Source of the DNA: Candidatus Sulfomarinibacteraceae bacterium
GTDB taxonomy: Bacteria; Acidobacteriota; Thermoanaerobaculia; Thermoanaerobaculales; Sulfomarinibacteraceae
Assembly (NCBI GenBank): GCA_963796455.1
Contig: CAWCLO010000003.1
Coordinates: 288,001 to 352,000 of the forward strand
Reading direction: 5' to 3'
Length of the DNA: 64,000 nucleotides
Shown here: positions 20,401 to 29,104 of the stretch, in pieces
Position numbering within the stretch: the stretch's first letter is position 1
Layout: every line of letters starts with the position of its first letter
Notes under the pieces: generated by a model
Databases searched by the model: none
Told to the model about the DNA's origin: nothing
Seen by the model: the letters and a program-made list of their open reading frames with translations, nothing else
Position numbers and translations under genes: made by a program

Positions 20401-22886
20401 ATCGTGATCGTGCGCTCCTCATCCGGTCGTGTGTCGGTATATCTCGTGCTGCCGATTTCGATCTCGAGCCCGACATCTTGTCTCCACTCGAGGAATATTT
20501 GAATAGCTAGGGCGTCGCAGTCGTGAACAGGCCTCGAGGTGCAGACCTGGGTGGAACTCTCGCCGTCACACCCGCTGCCACCCATGGTCCAGGTGGCCTT
20601 GTCGATCGGAACCCCCACTCCGTCGATGGCGAAGATGAGGTTCGTCGCCCCGCTCCAGCGTGCCGCCCGGGAAATCGATGGTCGGCCGGATTTCGCCGTT
20701 GAGGAATCGAACATTCGGTTTCGGTGTACTCGCTGGTCTCGGATGCCGCCGCCGGTGACTTTCAGGGTGATGTCATAAGCGCCCCAGCCCAGCGCATCAG
20801 CTGGAATCACACAACGTTCTTCATCGAAACAAACATCACGTTCCATGGCGCAGGCACTGTTGTCACCAGGGGGCGCATTATCACAATCGGCGGTACGGTT
20901 TTTGGGGCCGTAGACCGTCCACTCGTAGAGATCGATCGACCCCTTCGAGTCGCCACCGTCGAGGGTGATGGCCGAGTTGTTCAGAAGATCGCCGGTCTGC
21001 GAATCCGAGCTGATGGTGAAGTCGGCCGCAACCGAGGAGACCGGATATTCCCGCGAGCTTTCGTACTCGTAGGTTGTGTCTCCATCGAGATCGCCCCAAC
21101 GGTTGTCATAGGGAAAATCGCTGTCCTGGGAAACGCCGCTCGCGCCATGATCGTAGTTGACGGTCAGCGTGAATTCCCAGTCGCCGGAAATATCGAGATC
21201 CACATCGATGACCGCACCGTATTCGGTCGTGGGCGGGCTCGACGGTGCGTCGATGGTCCAGACATAGGTGTCGGTGTCCGAAGGATTGGCTGCGGCGGTG
21301 GCTGAGAGGGTCACGGACTCTCCGACGACCGCGGTCTCCGGATCCACGGTAAATCCTGCCGTCGGCTCCCGGTCGATGCCGATCGGCTTCGAGGCATCCG
21401 GCACCGCGGGATCGAGACCACTGTTCGAGATCTCGATGTTGGCCGTGAAGACTTCCCCTATGGCAACATTCTTGGGCACGGTAAAGCTCATCTCGGATGG
21501 GTTGGACGGCACCGGCAGGGTCTCACCAGCCTCGAATACACTGTCGCGTTCGACCCACAGGGCCCAGGCATCATAGGACCCTGAGGAGTGGTCGCGGATG
21601 GTGACTGCGTCGCCGGGAAAAACCGAGGCCGGGGTCACCGTCAGATCGGCGACGGCTTCGGTCGGGCCCATGCAGGCTGACAGATCGAAAACCTGGTGCA
21701 TCGCGTAGCGACTCAAATACAGAGCCGAACCATCGGGTGCCAGGGCTCCGTCCATATCGAGGAGACAATCCTGATATTCGTTGTGCGGCTCCGAGAGGTC
21801 GCCCCAGAAATCATTGTCAAAGGCTTGCGGCCCGGCCTCGGGATCGATCAGATAGGTGAGGGATGAATTGAGAAACGACGTCGCGGCCGTCCAGAGCACC
21901 AGCGGGCTCGAGCCGTTCTCTGAACCCAGGGCCACCATGCTGGCGTTGCCGGGGATGGACCATGAGGACTTGAGCTGCGGGTTACCCGGATCATTCGAAA
22001 GGTCCCAGAAACGGACTTCACCAACGTTCCGGTTGGCCGAGACCACCAGGTCGTGGGCCTCGTTGACGGCGAGGTTGTGGTTCTGGCCTTTCATGCCCGA
22101 GGGCGACGAAGTGTGTTCGAGACGGAGCCCAAGACCGGTTCCACTGGTCTTGAACACTGCCGCGTCGCCAAAGAGCCCGGTCCCGAGATAGAGATACGAC
22201 GTCGAGCCCATTTCAACACTCGCGCCTCCGGAGACCGACACCGCCGATCCGCCGACCTCGATACACTGGAGCTCGACCAGGCTATTCACCCCATTGACGG
22301 CGAAAAGAGCGTGTTGGGAGCAGCTTTCGCTGATTCCACCGGCAATCAGATAGACCTGGTTGTCGTGGGAAAAGACCTTCGAACTGAGGGTCAGGCGATT
22401 GTTCCGGCTGTATTCGGTGAAATCGGGCTCGGAGCCCGTCCCAAAATCGAAGACGACCACCCCCGCGACTTTGTGGTCCATGACGCCGTAACGGCAGTTG
22501 TCGCAGACGTCTACGGAGACAACATCGTAGTCCGAATCGCCGGCAGTTCCGAAGTTGAATCTGGAGCCGTCGATCTTATCCGGATTGGTGGCGTTGGTGC
22601 CGCCGATATCGTAGATTTCCAACTCGTTTCCGCGGCTCAGGAGCAGGTACACTCCGCCGTTCCAACTGAATGTTTCCGTGTTGAGGGCGCGATCGCGATT
22701 CGGGCTCGAAACACAGCGCAGATCATCCGCGTAATTCAGGTGCGTGATCAGTGTGTCGGTAAAATCCTGGCAGTAGGCACCCTGGGCTTCGGCCGTGGGC
22801 GCAACGGCAACCGCCGCAAGCATCAGCGCGGAGATTACAACGCACCGAATAAGAGTCGATTTCGTGAGAATCCATGAGCACAACAT
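17451..22886 (-). CDS. Large secreted surface protein: N-terminal beta-propeller-like region, PKD/Ig-like and BACON-like repeats, two C-terminal repeated modules
   Basis: GGAGGT SD before ATG 22886; signal peptide; repeats WNFGE..C..C...C..I.FAF...G.K.V; Gly linkers; CSW.ATSTSSWI..G.GTV BACON-like units; C-terminal W.TD..F.NP and .RTN.(R/G)LVN repeats. Confidence 0.8.
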   Translation of the reverse strand: MLCSWILTKSTLIRCVVISALMLAAVAVAPTAEAQGAYCQDFTDTLITHLNYADDLRCVSSPNRDRALNTETFSWNGGVYLLLSRGNELEIYDIGGTNATNPDKIDGSRFNFGTAGDSDYDVVSVDVCDNCRYGVMDHKVAGVVVFDFGTGSEPDFTEYSRNNRLTLSSKVFSHDNQVYLIAGGISESCSQHALFAVNGVNSLVELQCIEVGGSAVSVSGGASVEMGSTSYLYLGTGLFGDAAVFKTSGTGLGLRLEHTSSPSGMKGQNHNLAVNEAHDLVVSANRNVGEVRFWDLSNDPGNPQLKSSWSIPGNASMVALGSENGSSPLVLWTAATSFLNSSLTYLIDPEAGPQAFDNDFWGDLSEPHNEYQDCLLDMDGALAPDGSALYLSRYAMHQVFDLSACMGPTEAVADLTVTPASVFPGDAVTIRDHSSGSYDAWALWVERDSVFEAGETLPVPSNPSEMSFTVPKNVAIGEVFTANIEISNSGLDPAVPDASKPIGIDREPTAGFTVDPETAVVGESVTLSATAAANPSDTDTYVWTIDAPSSPPTTEYGAVIDVDLDISGDWEFTLTVNYDHGASGVSQDSDFPYDNRWGDLDGDTTYEYESSREYPVSSVAADFTISSDSQTGDLLNNSAITLDGGDSKGSIDLYEWTVYGPKNRTADCDNAPPGDNSACAMERDVCFDEERCVIPADALGWGAYDITLKVTGGGIRDQRVHRNRMFDSSTAKSGRPSISRAARWSGATNLIFAIDGVGVPIDKATWTMGGSGCDGESSTQVCTSRPVHDCDALAIQIFLEWRQDVGLEIEIGSTRYTDTRPDEERTITIASSGSCTTGGGGGGGGTTCTYTHSGDGGIAPGPAAAEFAFTVFTSYGCSWSATSTSSWINILNPVGTDSGTGTVRFAIQQNFGPARTGFVVAGGRSFRVDQGAPYVAANFTMSNPFPERGEVVTFTVDPILVVESWNFGEENCAGSSPQINCLFLPPGACNSIEWAFQTAGEKSVTMVLADDRTQTKHPVVQNKGECCFADGAPDASFVVSNDEIYTGELVSFTETSEKSSKNAKALGFSWTPPDPEIGETVTFRLEGLTGEVSGAYWNFGETGCNGAVQNPQCTPSLFNDCNAITFAFASGGAKNVSVNVDLSAGGSVSAGPTTVDVTNTGSCDTGGGGGGGTGCSWTISPTSVNFYPTGGVGSVNVTTTAECPWDATTTSSWINLTNASGTGSGVVTYNVVENTSENSRTGLVKIENKTHTVRQNGVEPVLDTAPTAWLWTVSLLLDEGGLDEVVATSPDQHFSYVFRDPGTYRVTLVASNCYGGANYSQTYEVLQAPVEDYVVGAAVSLAGDENTQWETDFRFFNPCDETLAVKVSYEPGGTNNTDVQLLSREFDLNANETRVFTDIVDVIPGLAGDELSGSARIESESASGCKVMTVSRTFNDTPDGSLGLNVPALPVKRSEFDLIGFAGLVKNEDYRTNFRLVNYGDEDAWVGLFMYDNHGNPVGAVESAPVPGHSTFQINDIAAWLKYDGDIDLFSVKADVRGRDLDAFATVIDNMTGDSVLHRSSFSEVDRVWLVGVANLAGAGDSEWHTDVWLYNPYEADSGQWLGGQGKFVVSGSSGDAYGFVWPLLAPGFSQGYVDVVGSVLGLQGQRGYMVLEGAPGLPVPQVAARTYNENQSGGTSGLGLFAFTEDDLLKPGETGFVAGISNNGDKNTGFRTNLGLVNTDESLWTTVKITLFGLGGFPAAEPWTLTIGPGVYDQWDIFKALGLEFTTIEGTIKVEVIEGGAVAIFGTEIDNRTQDSIYLPAQRRYIGLAP

Positions 22887-23164
22887 GCTCACCTCCGAGG
22901 ACAAAATTACCGCACGAGCGGCCGGGCTGTCAATCAGCGGGTTCATCATAGACCTTTTATCTTTGAATAATTTACGGGGTTGGCGAGGGATGTGACCACG
23001 GTCACCGGAAAACGTTTCGGTCCATGCCGAGTTGCGGCATTCTAGGGTCTGGTTCACCATATGTCAATGCGTAGATATATGGTGGGCGAAAATCGCGAAA
23101 CCGCATGAGATGGAGCCGGGCTCCCCTAGCCTTTTTTGAGGACGCAGCCGGTGGCTGCGCCCTC

Positions 23165-23192
23165 AAAAAAGAGGCGGCCCGAAGGCCGCCTC
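23165..23192 (-). terminator. Intrinsic terminator after the 514-aa gene
   Basis: Minus strand GAGGCGGCC-TTCG-GGCCGCCTC-TTTTTT. Confidence 0.88.
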
Positions 23193-23217
23193 TTCGCAAC
23201 TGAAGTCAGACTTCAGA

Positions 23218-24762
23218 TTATTCGCTCGCGACGTACATCAGACCGAGGTCCGGAAGAACCTGAGTCTGGTCGCAGTTGTAGTTCGCCATGACGGCGCCGG
23301 TGAGGGCAGCGGTGTAGTCACCGAAGCCGGAGTACTTGGCACCGACCCAGGTCTGGTACCAGTCGTTGACGGCCACATCGGCGCCGTTCGAACCAGGCCA
23401 CACGAAGAGGAGCCAACCGAAGAACTCGTCATCCGCATCTTCGCGGACGATGAAGAACTGGCTGATGTCGACTTCCTGGGTCTCCAGGGGGAGAAGGTTC
23501 GGAACCGGGCGGATGGGATCTTCGGTACCGGACCACGGGTCCTCGTCCGAAGAGACCGTGTTCACGTTCTCGTCCTCATCCCACGCGTAGTAGGTGTAGG
23601 GCACACACGCGGAGGCATAGAGGTTGGCGGGACCGGCGGAGGTGATGTTGCCCCAGTTAGGACCAGTGTCCGAGCTGGCGAGATCCATCACGGTGCGGTT
23701 CAGCGACGAGGCTTTGAACGCACGGATCCAGGTGTTGACACCGGCTTCTTCCTGAAGCTGGTAGCGAATGGCCCACGCGGACGGCAGCGGCTCACGAGCA
23801 TCCGCACCGGCCGAGAAAGCCAGGGTGTAACGGAAGTAGAAGGTCGGAACCTGACCGGCAACCGGGTAACCGGCGGGGCCGACAGACTCGAGGTGAACTG
23901 CCTGGTCCGCCTCGGAGAAGCGGCTGGTGGCATTGAGCCAAATCGTGTCGCCGACGAGCACGTTGTCATCGATGACGCCGTCGGTGTTGGCACGATCAAG
24001 GGCGAAGTAGGTGGAAGCCTGCGCATCGGGAAGGTCCTTGTTGCAGGCGGCAACGACGTCGGCGGTGACATACATCCACACCGGGCCGCTATCGCGCGAG
24101 ATGAACCATGTATCGGCCGGGAAGACCTCGGTGTCGTCATCGCAATTGAGGTAGGACTTCGCAGCGGTCTGGCTGGCTTTGAGGTAACCCTCGAAGACGC
24201 TCAGGGTGCCCGGGGGGATCGCGTCAACATAGTTCTCCGGCGAGGAGATCCAGTCATCGGGATCGCAGTCGAGCGGGTTGGTCGACTCGGGGTCGTCCAG
24301 GTTGTTGATCACGAGGACCGGGTCGTGGAGCTCATTGTGGCTCGACCACGGGCCATCGTCGAACGGCGTGCCGCCGGCGTTGGAGGTGCCGGTACCATCC
24401 CACCAGATGTTCTCTTTGCGGCCGGTGTCGGCGTCCTCGGTCGGCAGCAGGCCGAGGGCGAGGATGTCGCGGATGTTCATCCGCGTCACGTCGTAACCGG
24501 TCATGGTCAAGTTGAAATCGAGGATCGCGACCGAATAGTCCGTCCACACCGTGATGTGAACGATCTGCGCCTCCGAAGAGACGTTGGTGATAGCGATCTG
24601 GGTGGTGTCGCCATCGAAACCACCTTCATAGTCAAAAGCGACAAACGGGAACAGCAGCGTCGCTGCCGGCACCGCGTCAAACGAGCAGTAGTTGGCATTT
24701 GCCACACCGCTCACGCCAAGGACCGCAGCCCCCAGCAGCGCAATTGTAAGAAACCTCTTCAT
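23218..24762 (-). CDS. Secreted acidic protein, S-layer/cell-surface candidate
   Basis: AAGGAAGGAG SD; signal peptide MKRFLTIALLGAAVLGVSGVANA; Asp/Thr/Ala rich; strongly C/G-ending codons; own terminator. Confidence 0.75.
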   Translation of the reverse strand: MKRFLTIALLGAAVLGVSGVANANYCSFDAVPAATLLFPFVAFDYEGGFDGDTTQIAITNVSSEAQIVHITVWTDYSVAILDFNLTMTGYDVTRMNIRDILALGLLPTEDADTGRKENIWWDGTGTSNAGGTPFDDGPWSSHNELHDPVLVINNLDDPESTNPLDCDPDDWISSPENYVDAIPPGTLSVFEGYLKASQTAAKSYLNCDDDTEVFPADTWFISRDSGPVWMYVTADVVAACNKDLPDAQASTYFALDRANTDGVIDDNVLVGDTIWLNATSRFSEADQAVHLESVGPAGYPVAGQVPTFYFRYTLAFSAGADAREPLPSAWAIRYQLQEEAGVNTWIRAFKASSLNRTVMDLASSDTGPNWGNITSAGPANLYASACVPYTYYAWDEDENVNTVSSDEDPWSGTEDPIRPVPNLLPLETQEVDISQFFIVREDADDEFFGWLLFVWPGSNGADVAVNDWYQTWVGAKYSGFGDYTAALTGAVMANYNCDQTQVLPDLGLMYVASE

Positions 24763-25079
24763 TCTCAGCTCCTTCCTTTTCCTCATTAATCGAAATCGAA
24801 TCTCTGGTTTACGTCCGACCGTCGTGGCCGGTGTGCGGTTCTTCGTCTCTCCGATGTTCCGCATCACCTCCCGTAAATAATTTCAATCCACGAACTTAAA
24901 TTTAGAATATGTCATCACAGCATAAAAGGTAGCACCTGATGCTCATCCATGTCAACACCGGGATGCCCGAATCACATCGTCGATGATCCCATCCTTGCCC
25001 CTACAAGTCAAGTTCAAGTACCTGTCCCGGAGTCGATTAAGCCTCGAAAAGGCTGCGGCCTCGGCCGGATCCCGCGCGA

Positions 25080-26723
25080 TCACTCTCCATCCAGTTTCCG
25101 CGTCAACCACACGCCGACGCCGCCCGGCTGGCCCGCCGCCGGCACCAATCCGGCGATGATGTCGTCGCGCCCGTCTCCGTCGAGGTCGCGCAACCGAATG
25201 TCATAAGCCGTCCCGGTCTTATCGAGGTTGTCCGCCACCTCTTTGACAAAGGAGCCGTCTTCGGTCTGCAAATAGACCTCGATCCCGCCAGCCTTGCGGC
25301 CCGCCACCAAATCGACCCGGCCGTCGCCATCGAGATCACCCAGCCCGAGCCGGAAATACACTGCCGCACGCTCGGTGTCCCAGACCACGGGATTGCCGTT
25401 TCGCCAACCCTCCTTTCGGAAGGCAAAGGGGTAGGCGATGATGCCGTTGCGAATCTCGGTTTCGTTTTGCTGGATCTTGAACTGGGCGAAGGTCGAGAAG
25501 ATCTCACCGCCGAGGGCCTCGACGTTGTAGTGGTAAGCGCCGCTGAGGACACCGTTGAATCCGGCGGCCTGCCATCCTTCGTCACCCTTGTTGAGATAGA
25601 CGAGCCGGCGTTCTCCGACAGTGTTCGACGAGACCACCAGATCGATCAGGTCGTCGCCGTCGATGTCGACCGAGCGGATGACATCCGCGATCAGGTTTTG
25701 GGGCAGGCCCTTGGTCACCACCGTCCACGAATCGGCGCCCTTCTCGAGGACCCACACGGTGGTCGTCTTTTCGAGACGTTCGCTGGTCTTGAGGTCGTAG
25801 TCGATTTCGGCGATGAAGGCGAGATCGGTGTCACCGTCGTTATCGAAGTCGGCGGCCGTGACCGCCCGCGAAGTGATCCGGGGATCGGGTGTAGGCAGTC
25901 GCTCGACCCGTTCGAAGCGACCGGCTCCGTCTCCGTAAAGCGCGAACTGACCACCAAAGTGGACCGCCAGCACGATGTCCTGATGACCGTCACCATCGAG
26001 ATCCGCGACATCGAGTCCACCATAGTCCAGGGGCAGCGTGCTCGGCCATCCGAAATCCGACCAGTTCTTGAAGGTCCCGTCGCCCTTGCCGAGGAGGATC
26101 GACATCAGAGGCGGGTAATCCTTGCGTCGCGGCGGGAAGATCAGATCGACGTGGCCGTCCTCGTTCATGTCGGCCATCGCGAAACCCATTTGCCAGCGGC
26201 CGCCTTCCGGGAGGGAGTCGTCCGCAAACTCGAAGCGGAGACTTTTCTGGAACGGCGCCGGTACGACCTCGGCCTCGTAGTCGAGAAAGTAGAGGGCACC
26301 CGGTGTATTGGACGCCGCCTTCTGGTCCATCAACCGGGCTTCGCCAACCTGCTTGTGCGACCAGACGATATACAGAGGTGAGTTCGGGTCCTCCGGCGGG
26401 ATGCCGCGCAGCCACACGTATTGATCATCTTCGCGGACGATCTCCATCTTGATGCTGGCGACGATATGCGGATAGGCATATTTCTCGTCGATCTTGACGA
26501 CATACTTCTTCTCGAAAGGCTTCGGCGTCAGCCAATCCTCGACAAACTGGGACCAGGATTGCTCGGGTTTGTTCTTCCAGTAGTCCATCATCTGCTGTTT
26601 TCGTTCTTCCGTCATCCTTCCACTTTGGGATGGATCGGAAATGGGCGGAACGGATTGCGTCCAGGCCGCCGTCGCCGTCAGGGCGAAAACGGTCATGAGC
26701 ATGGTTATTCTCTTCAAGGTCAT
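25080..26723 (-). CDS. FG-GAP/VCBS repeat secreted protein
   Basis: GGAGG SD before ATG 26723; signal peptide; repeated D(M/L/F/I)(N/D)xDGxxD(L/I) motifs. Confidence 0.88.
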   Translation of the reverse strand: MTLKRITMLMTVFALTATAAWTQSVPPISDPSQSGRMTEERKQQMMDYWKNKPEQSWSQFVEDWLTPKPFEKKYVVKIDEKYAYPHIVASIKMEIVREDDQYVWLRGIPPEDPNSPLYIVWSHKQVGEARLMDQKAASNTPGALYFLDYEAEVVPAPFQKSLRFEFADDSLPEGGRWQMGFAMADMNEDGHVDLIFPPRRKDYPPLMSILLGKGDGTFKNWSDFGWPSTLPLDYGGLDVADLDGDGHQDIVLAVHFGGQFALYGDGAGRFERVERLPTPDPRITSRAVTAADFDNDGDTDLAFIAEIDYDLKTSERLEKTTTVWVLEKGADSWTVVTKGLPQNLIADVIRSVDIDGDDLIDLVVSSNTVGERRLVYLNKGDEGWQAAGFNGVLSGAYHYNVEALGGEIFSTFAQFKIQQNETEIRNGIIAYPFAFRKEGWRNGNPVVWDTERAAVYFRLGLGDLDGDGRVDLVAGRKAGGIEVYLQTEDGSFVKEVADNLDKTGTAYDIRLRDLDGDGRDDIIAGLVPAAGQPGGVGVWLTRKLDGE

Positions 26724-26761
26724 CAGAGGCCTCCAAAAATTTTCAGCACCAGATCGCCACA

Positions 26762-27598
26762 TCACACCAGATCGGCGATCGACGAGCGCCAGCGCTCGAG
26801 CGCCGCCGCACCGATCACCAGGAGCAACAGCCCCCCCACGGCCAGATACGCTATGGCCGCGATCGACGGCGGCGCAGCGCCCAAAAGGCCGGTGCGCATC
26901 ACACCGACCAGGGGAGTGAGCGGATTGAGTTGAATCACGGTGCGCACCAGATCCGATGGCACCAGCGCGAGAGGATACACGATCGGCGCCGCGTAGAAAA
27001 CCACTTGCAGCACCAGACCCATCACCTCGGCGAGATCCGGGAGCAGGGCCCCCACCAGACTGACGGTCAGAGCAATGCCGACGATCCACAGAATCAGCAA
27101 CAAGAGCCCCAGCGCCACCCACGGAACACCCGCCAATGTAAGGTGGCCGCGCCAGATGCAAAACACAACCACCAAAACAAATGAAATTGCATGGTGGAGC
27201 AGAACGCCAAAGGTGTCGCCCAGTACCAGCACTTCCACCGGCATCTTGACCCGCTGGACGAGATTGGCATGAGCGCGAAAAACCCGCGCCGACCGCAACG
27301 TTGCATCGTTGACGGCCAGATAGGGCACCAGGCCCGTGATTAAAAACACACCGAATCCCACGGGAGGCAACCGAGCAAGATCGATGCCAAGACCTTCGAC
27401 CTTGATTTGGAGAATGGCGGAAAAGACGACCATGTAGAGCACGAACTGGACTGCGGTGCTCAACGGGGTCCACAACCAGCCGAGATAGGAGCCCGCATAA
27501 CGGGAAGCAAAGGCCCGCCACGCGAGCTGGCCGAGCAGGAAGCGATGCTGCGCCAAGGTGCGCGGTAGCCGCAGAAACGCAAAAACGTGTGTGTTCAT
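26762..27598 (-). CDS. ABC-2 type polysaccharide export permease (Wzm-like)
   Basis: RYAGSYLGWLW, NLVQRVKMP, FYAAPIVYP, LNPLTPLV motifs. Confidence 0.9.
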   Translation of the reverse strand: MNTHVFAFLRLPRTLAQHRFLLGQLAWRAFASRYAGSYLGWLWTPLSTAVQFVLYMVVFSAILQIKVEGLGIDLARLPPVGFGVFLITGLVPYLAVNDATLRSARVFRAHANLVQRVKMPVEVLVLGDTFGVLLHHAISFVLVVVFCIWRGHLTLAGVPWVALGLLLLILWIVGIALTVSLVGALLPDLAEVMGLVLQVVFYAAPIVYPLALVPSDLVRTVIQLNPLTPLVGVMRTGLLGAAPPSIAAIAYLAVGGLLLLVIGAAALERWRSSIADLV

Positions 27599-27768
27599 GG
27601 TGAATTAGCGTCCACGTGAATACCTGACCCGAAGAATGTTGTGCTGAGGATCACAGGTGCTGCCCATAACGCATCTATTTCCTTGACGGTCTTGCTGCAG
27701 CACCATATTATAAGTAACGTCTGGCCGTACTGTGTCCGCCCGTCGCGGCGAAGAGTACTACAGGCAGA

Positions 27769-28203
27769 ATGCGAAGGGCAATCAGCGTGGCAAAGAAAGC
27801 GCAACTCACGTCACCGCAGGTGGCCGCCATCGGCAGCCGCATGCGAGAGTTGCGCAAGGAGCGCGGCCTGACTCAGGCCGAGCTGGCGCGCCAGATTGGC
27901 ATCCAACAGTCCGACCTGTCGCGAATGGAGAAGGGTGAATACCGGGTCTCGCTGGACAATCTCTTCAGGATCCTCGGGGTATTCAACCTCGATCTTGCGG
28001 ATTTCTTCGGCGACAAACCGAGTGCTACCGAGTCGCTGCAGCAACCTCTCAGCCAGCAGGATATGCAGACCCTGCACATGCTGCGGGAGCTCAGCCCGGC
28101 CGGCCGGGCCGAAGTCCAGGAGTTCCTGGAATTCAAACTGCGCCGGGAACGGCAGGAACGACGCACGATCCCGGCCCGACGCTCCGGAGACCAAAGCTCA
28201 TGA
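27769..28203 (+). CDS. XRE-family HTH transcriptional regulator
   Basis: IGSRMRELRKERGLTQAELARQIGIQQSDLSRMEKGE; true start may be GTG 27787. Confidence 0.92.
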   Translation: MRRAISVAKKAQLTSPQVAAIGSRMRELRKERGLTQAELARQIGIQQSDLSRMEKGEYRVSLDNLFRILGVFNLDLADFFGDKPSATESLQQPLSQQDMQTLHMLRELSPAGRAEVQEFLEFKLRRERQERRTIPARRSGDQSS

Positions 28204-29102
28204 GTGCGCACTACGACGATCTGCTGACGCGCGCGGAGCAGGCCCTCGGGCGTGACGAATTTGAAGAATCCGCGAAGCTTTTCGCCGAGGCCGAGTCCGA
28301 GGCCCGAGCGACCGGCGATTTCGACGGCGCGGACCGCGCGTTCTGCAACCGCTGTTCGGTGCTGGTCGAGCTCGATCAGGGCGCCGATCAGATTCCCAAG
28401 CTGAAGGAAATCCTCCTTCGCTCATCCGATACCCGTAATCGCTTCCTCGCCGCCTATTGCACAGGGGTCGCGTACTACGTCTCAGAAGAATTCGACCGTG
28501 CTCAAAACTATGCTCGCCGCGCCACTTCCCTGGCGCGCGATCTCGAAGACGCCGGCCTCGAGCACAAAAGCCTCAACCTGGTGGGCACACTCGCCGCCCG
28601 CGCTTCAGTTTTTGATGAGGCCGAAGACGCCTTCAGGCGATGCCTCGAGGCCTACCGGGGGGCAGAAGGCTATCAGCGGGTCATGGCAGCGCAGGTCGAG
28701 GACAACCTCGGCTACGTGATGCTCTGCACCGATCGCCTCGAAGAGGGCATCTCCCACTGCGAGCATGCTCGAGAGGTGATGGACCAGATCGGCGCCGATC
28801 ACTTTGTTTACGAAACACTACAAGATCTTTGTTATGGATACGTCCTTGTCGACGAGCTCGATAGAGCCCAGGAGCACGGCGCGAGGGCGCTCGAGCTCGC
28901 GGTCGAGTTCTCCGACGAGCAGATCGCCAAGAACTGTTTGTTCCTGTTGAGTGAAATCGCGGTGCGACGCGGCGACACATTCGGTGCCCGCCGATACCTG
29001 CACGAGCTCACCGCGTACTACCCGGAGGCCGGAGTTTCCGAGGAGATCATCGATGTCTTCCTCGCAACCGATCTGACCTCCGTGGTGAATTTGAGGGGGT
29101 AG
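28200..29102 (+). CDS. TPR-like helical repeat protein
   Basis: Helical A/L/E-rich repeats (NLVG.LA, NLGYV.L, DLCYGY); ATGA overlap with the XRE gene. Confidence 0.75.
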   Translation: MSAHYDDLLTRAEQALGRDEFEESAKLFAEAESEARATGDFDGADRAFCNRCSVLVELDQGADQIPKLKEILLRSSDTRNRFLAAYCTGVAYYVSEEFDRAQNYARRATSLARDLEDAGLEHKSLNLVGTLAARASVFDEAEDAFRRCLEAYRGAEGYQRVMAAQVEDNLGYVMLCTDRLEEGISHCEHAREVMDQIGADHFVYETLQDLCYGYVLVDELDRAQEHGARALELAVEFSDEQIAKNCLFLLSEIAVRRGDTFGARRYLHELTAYYPEAGVSEEIIDVFLATDLTSVVNLRG

Positions 29103-29104
29103 CG

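Noticed and set aside
25080..27521. 813-aa ORF as a single protein
   Set aside because: Its first 266 codons overlap the Wzm-like gene in another frame; the real start is ATG 26723 with SD and signal peptide.
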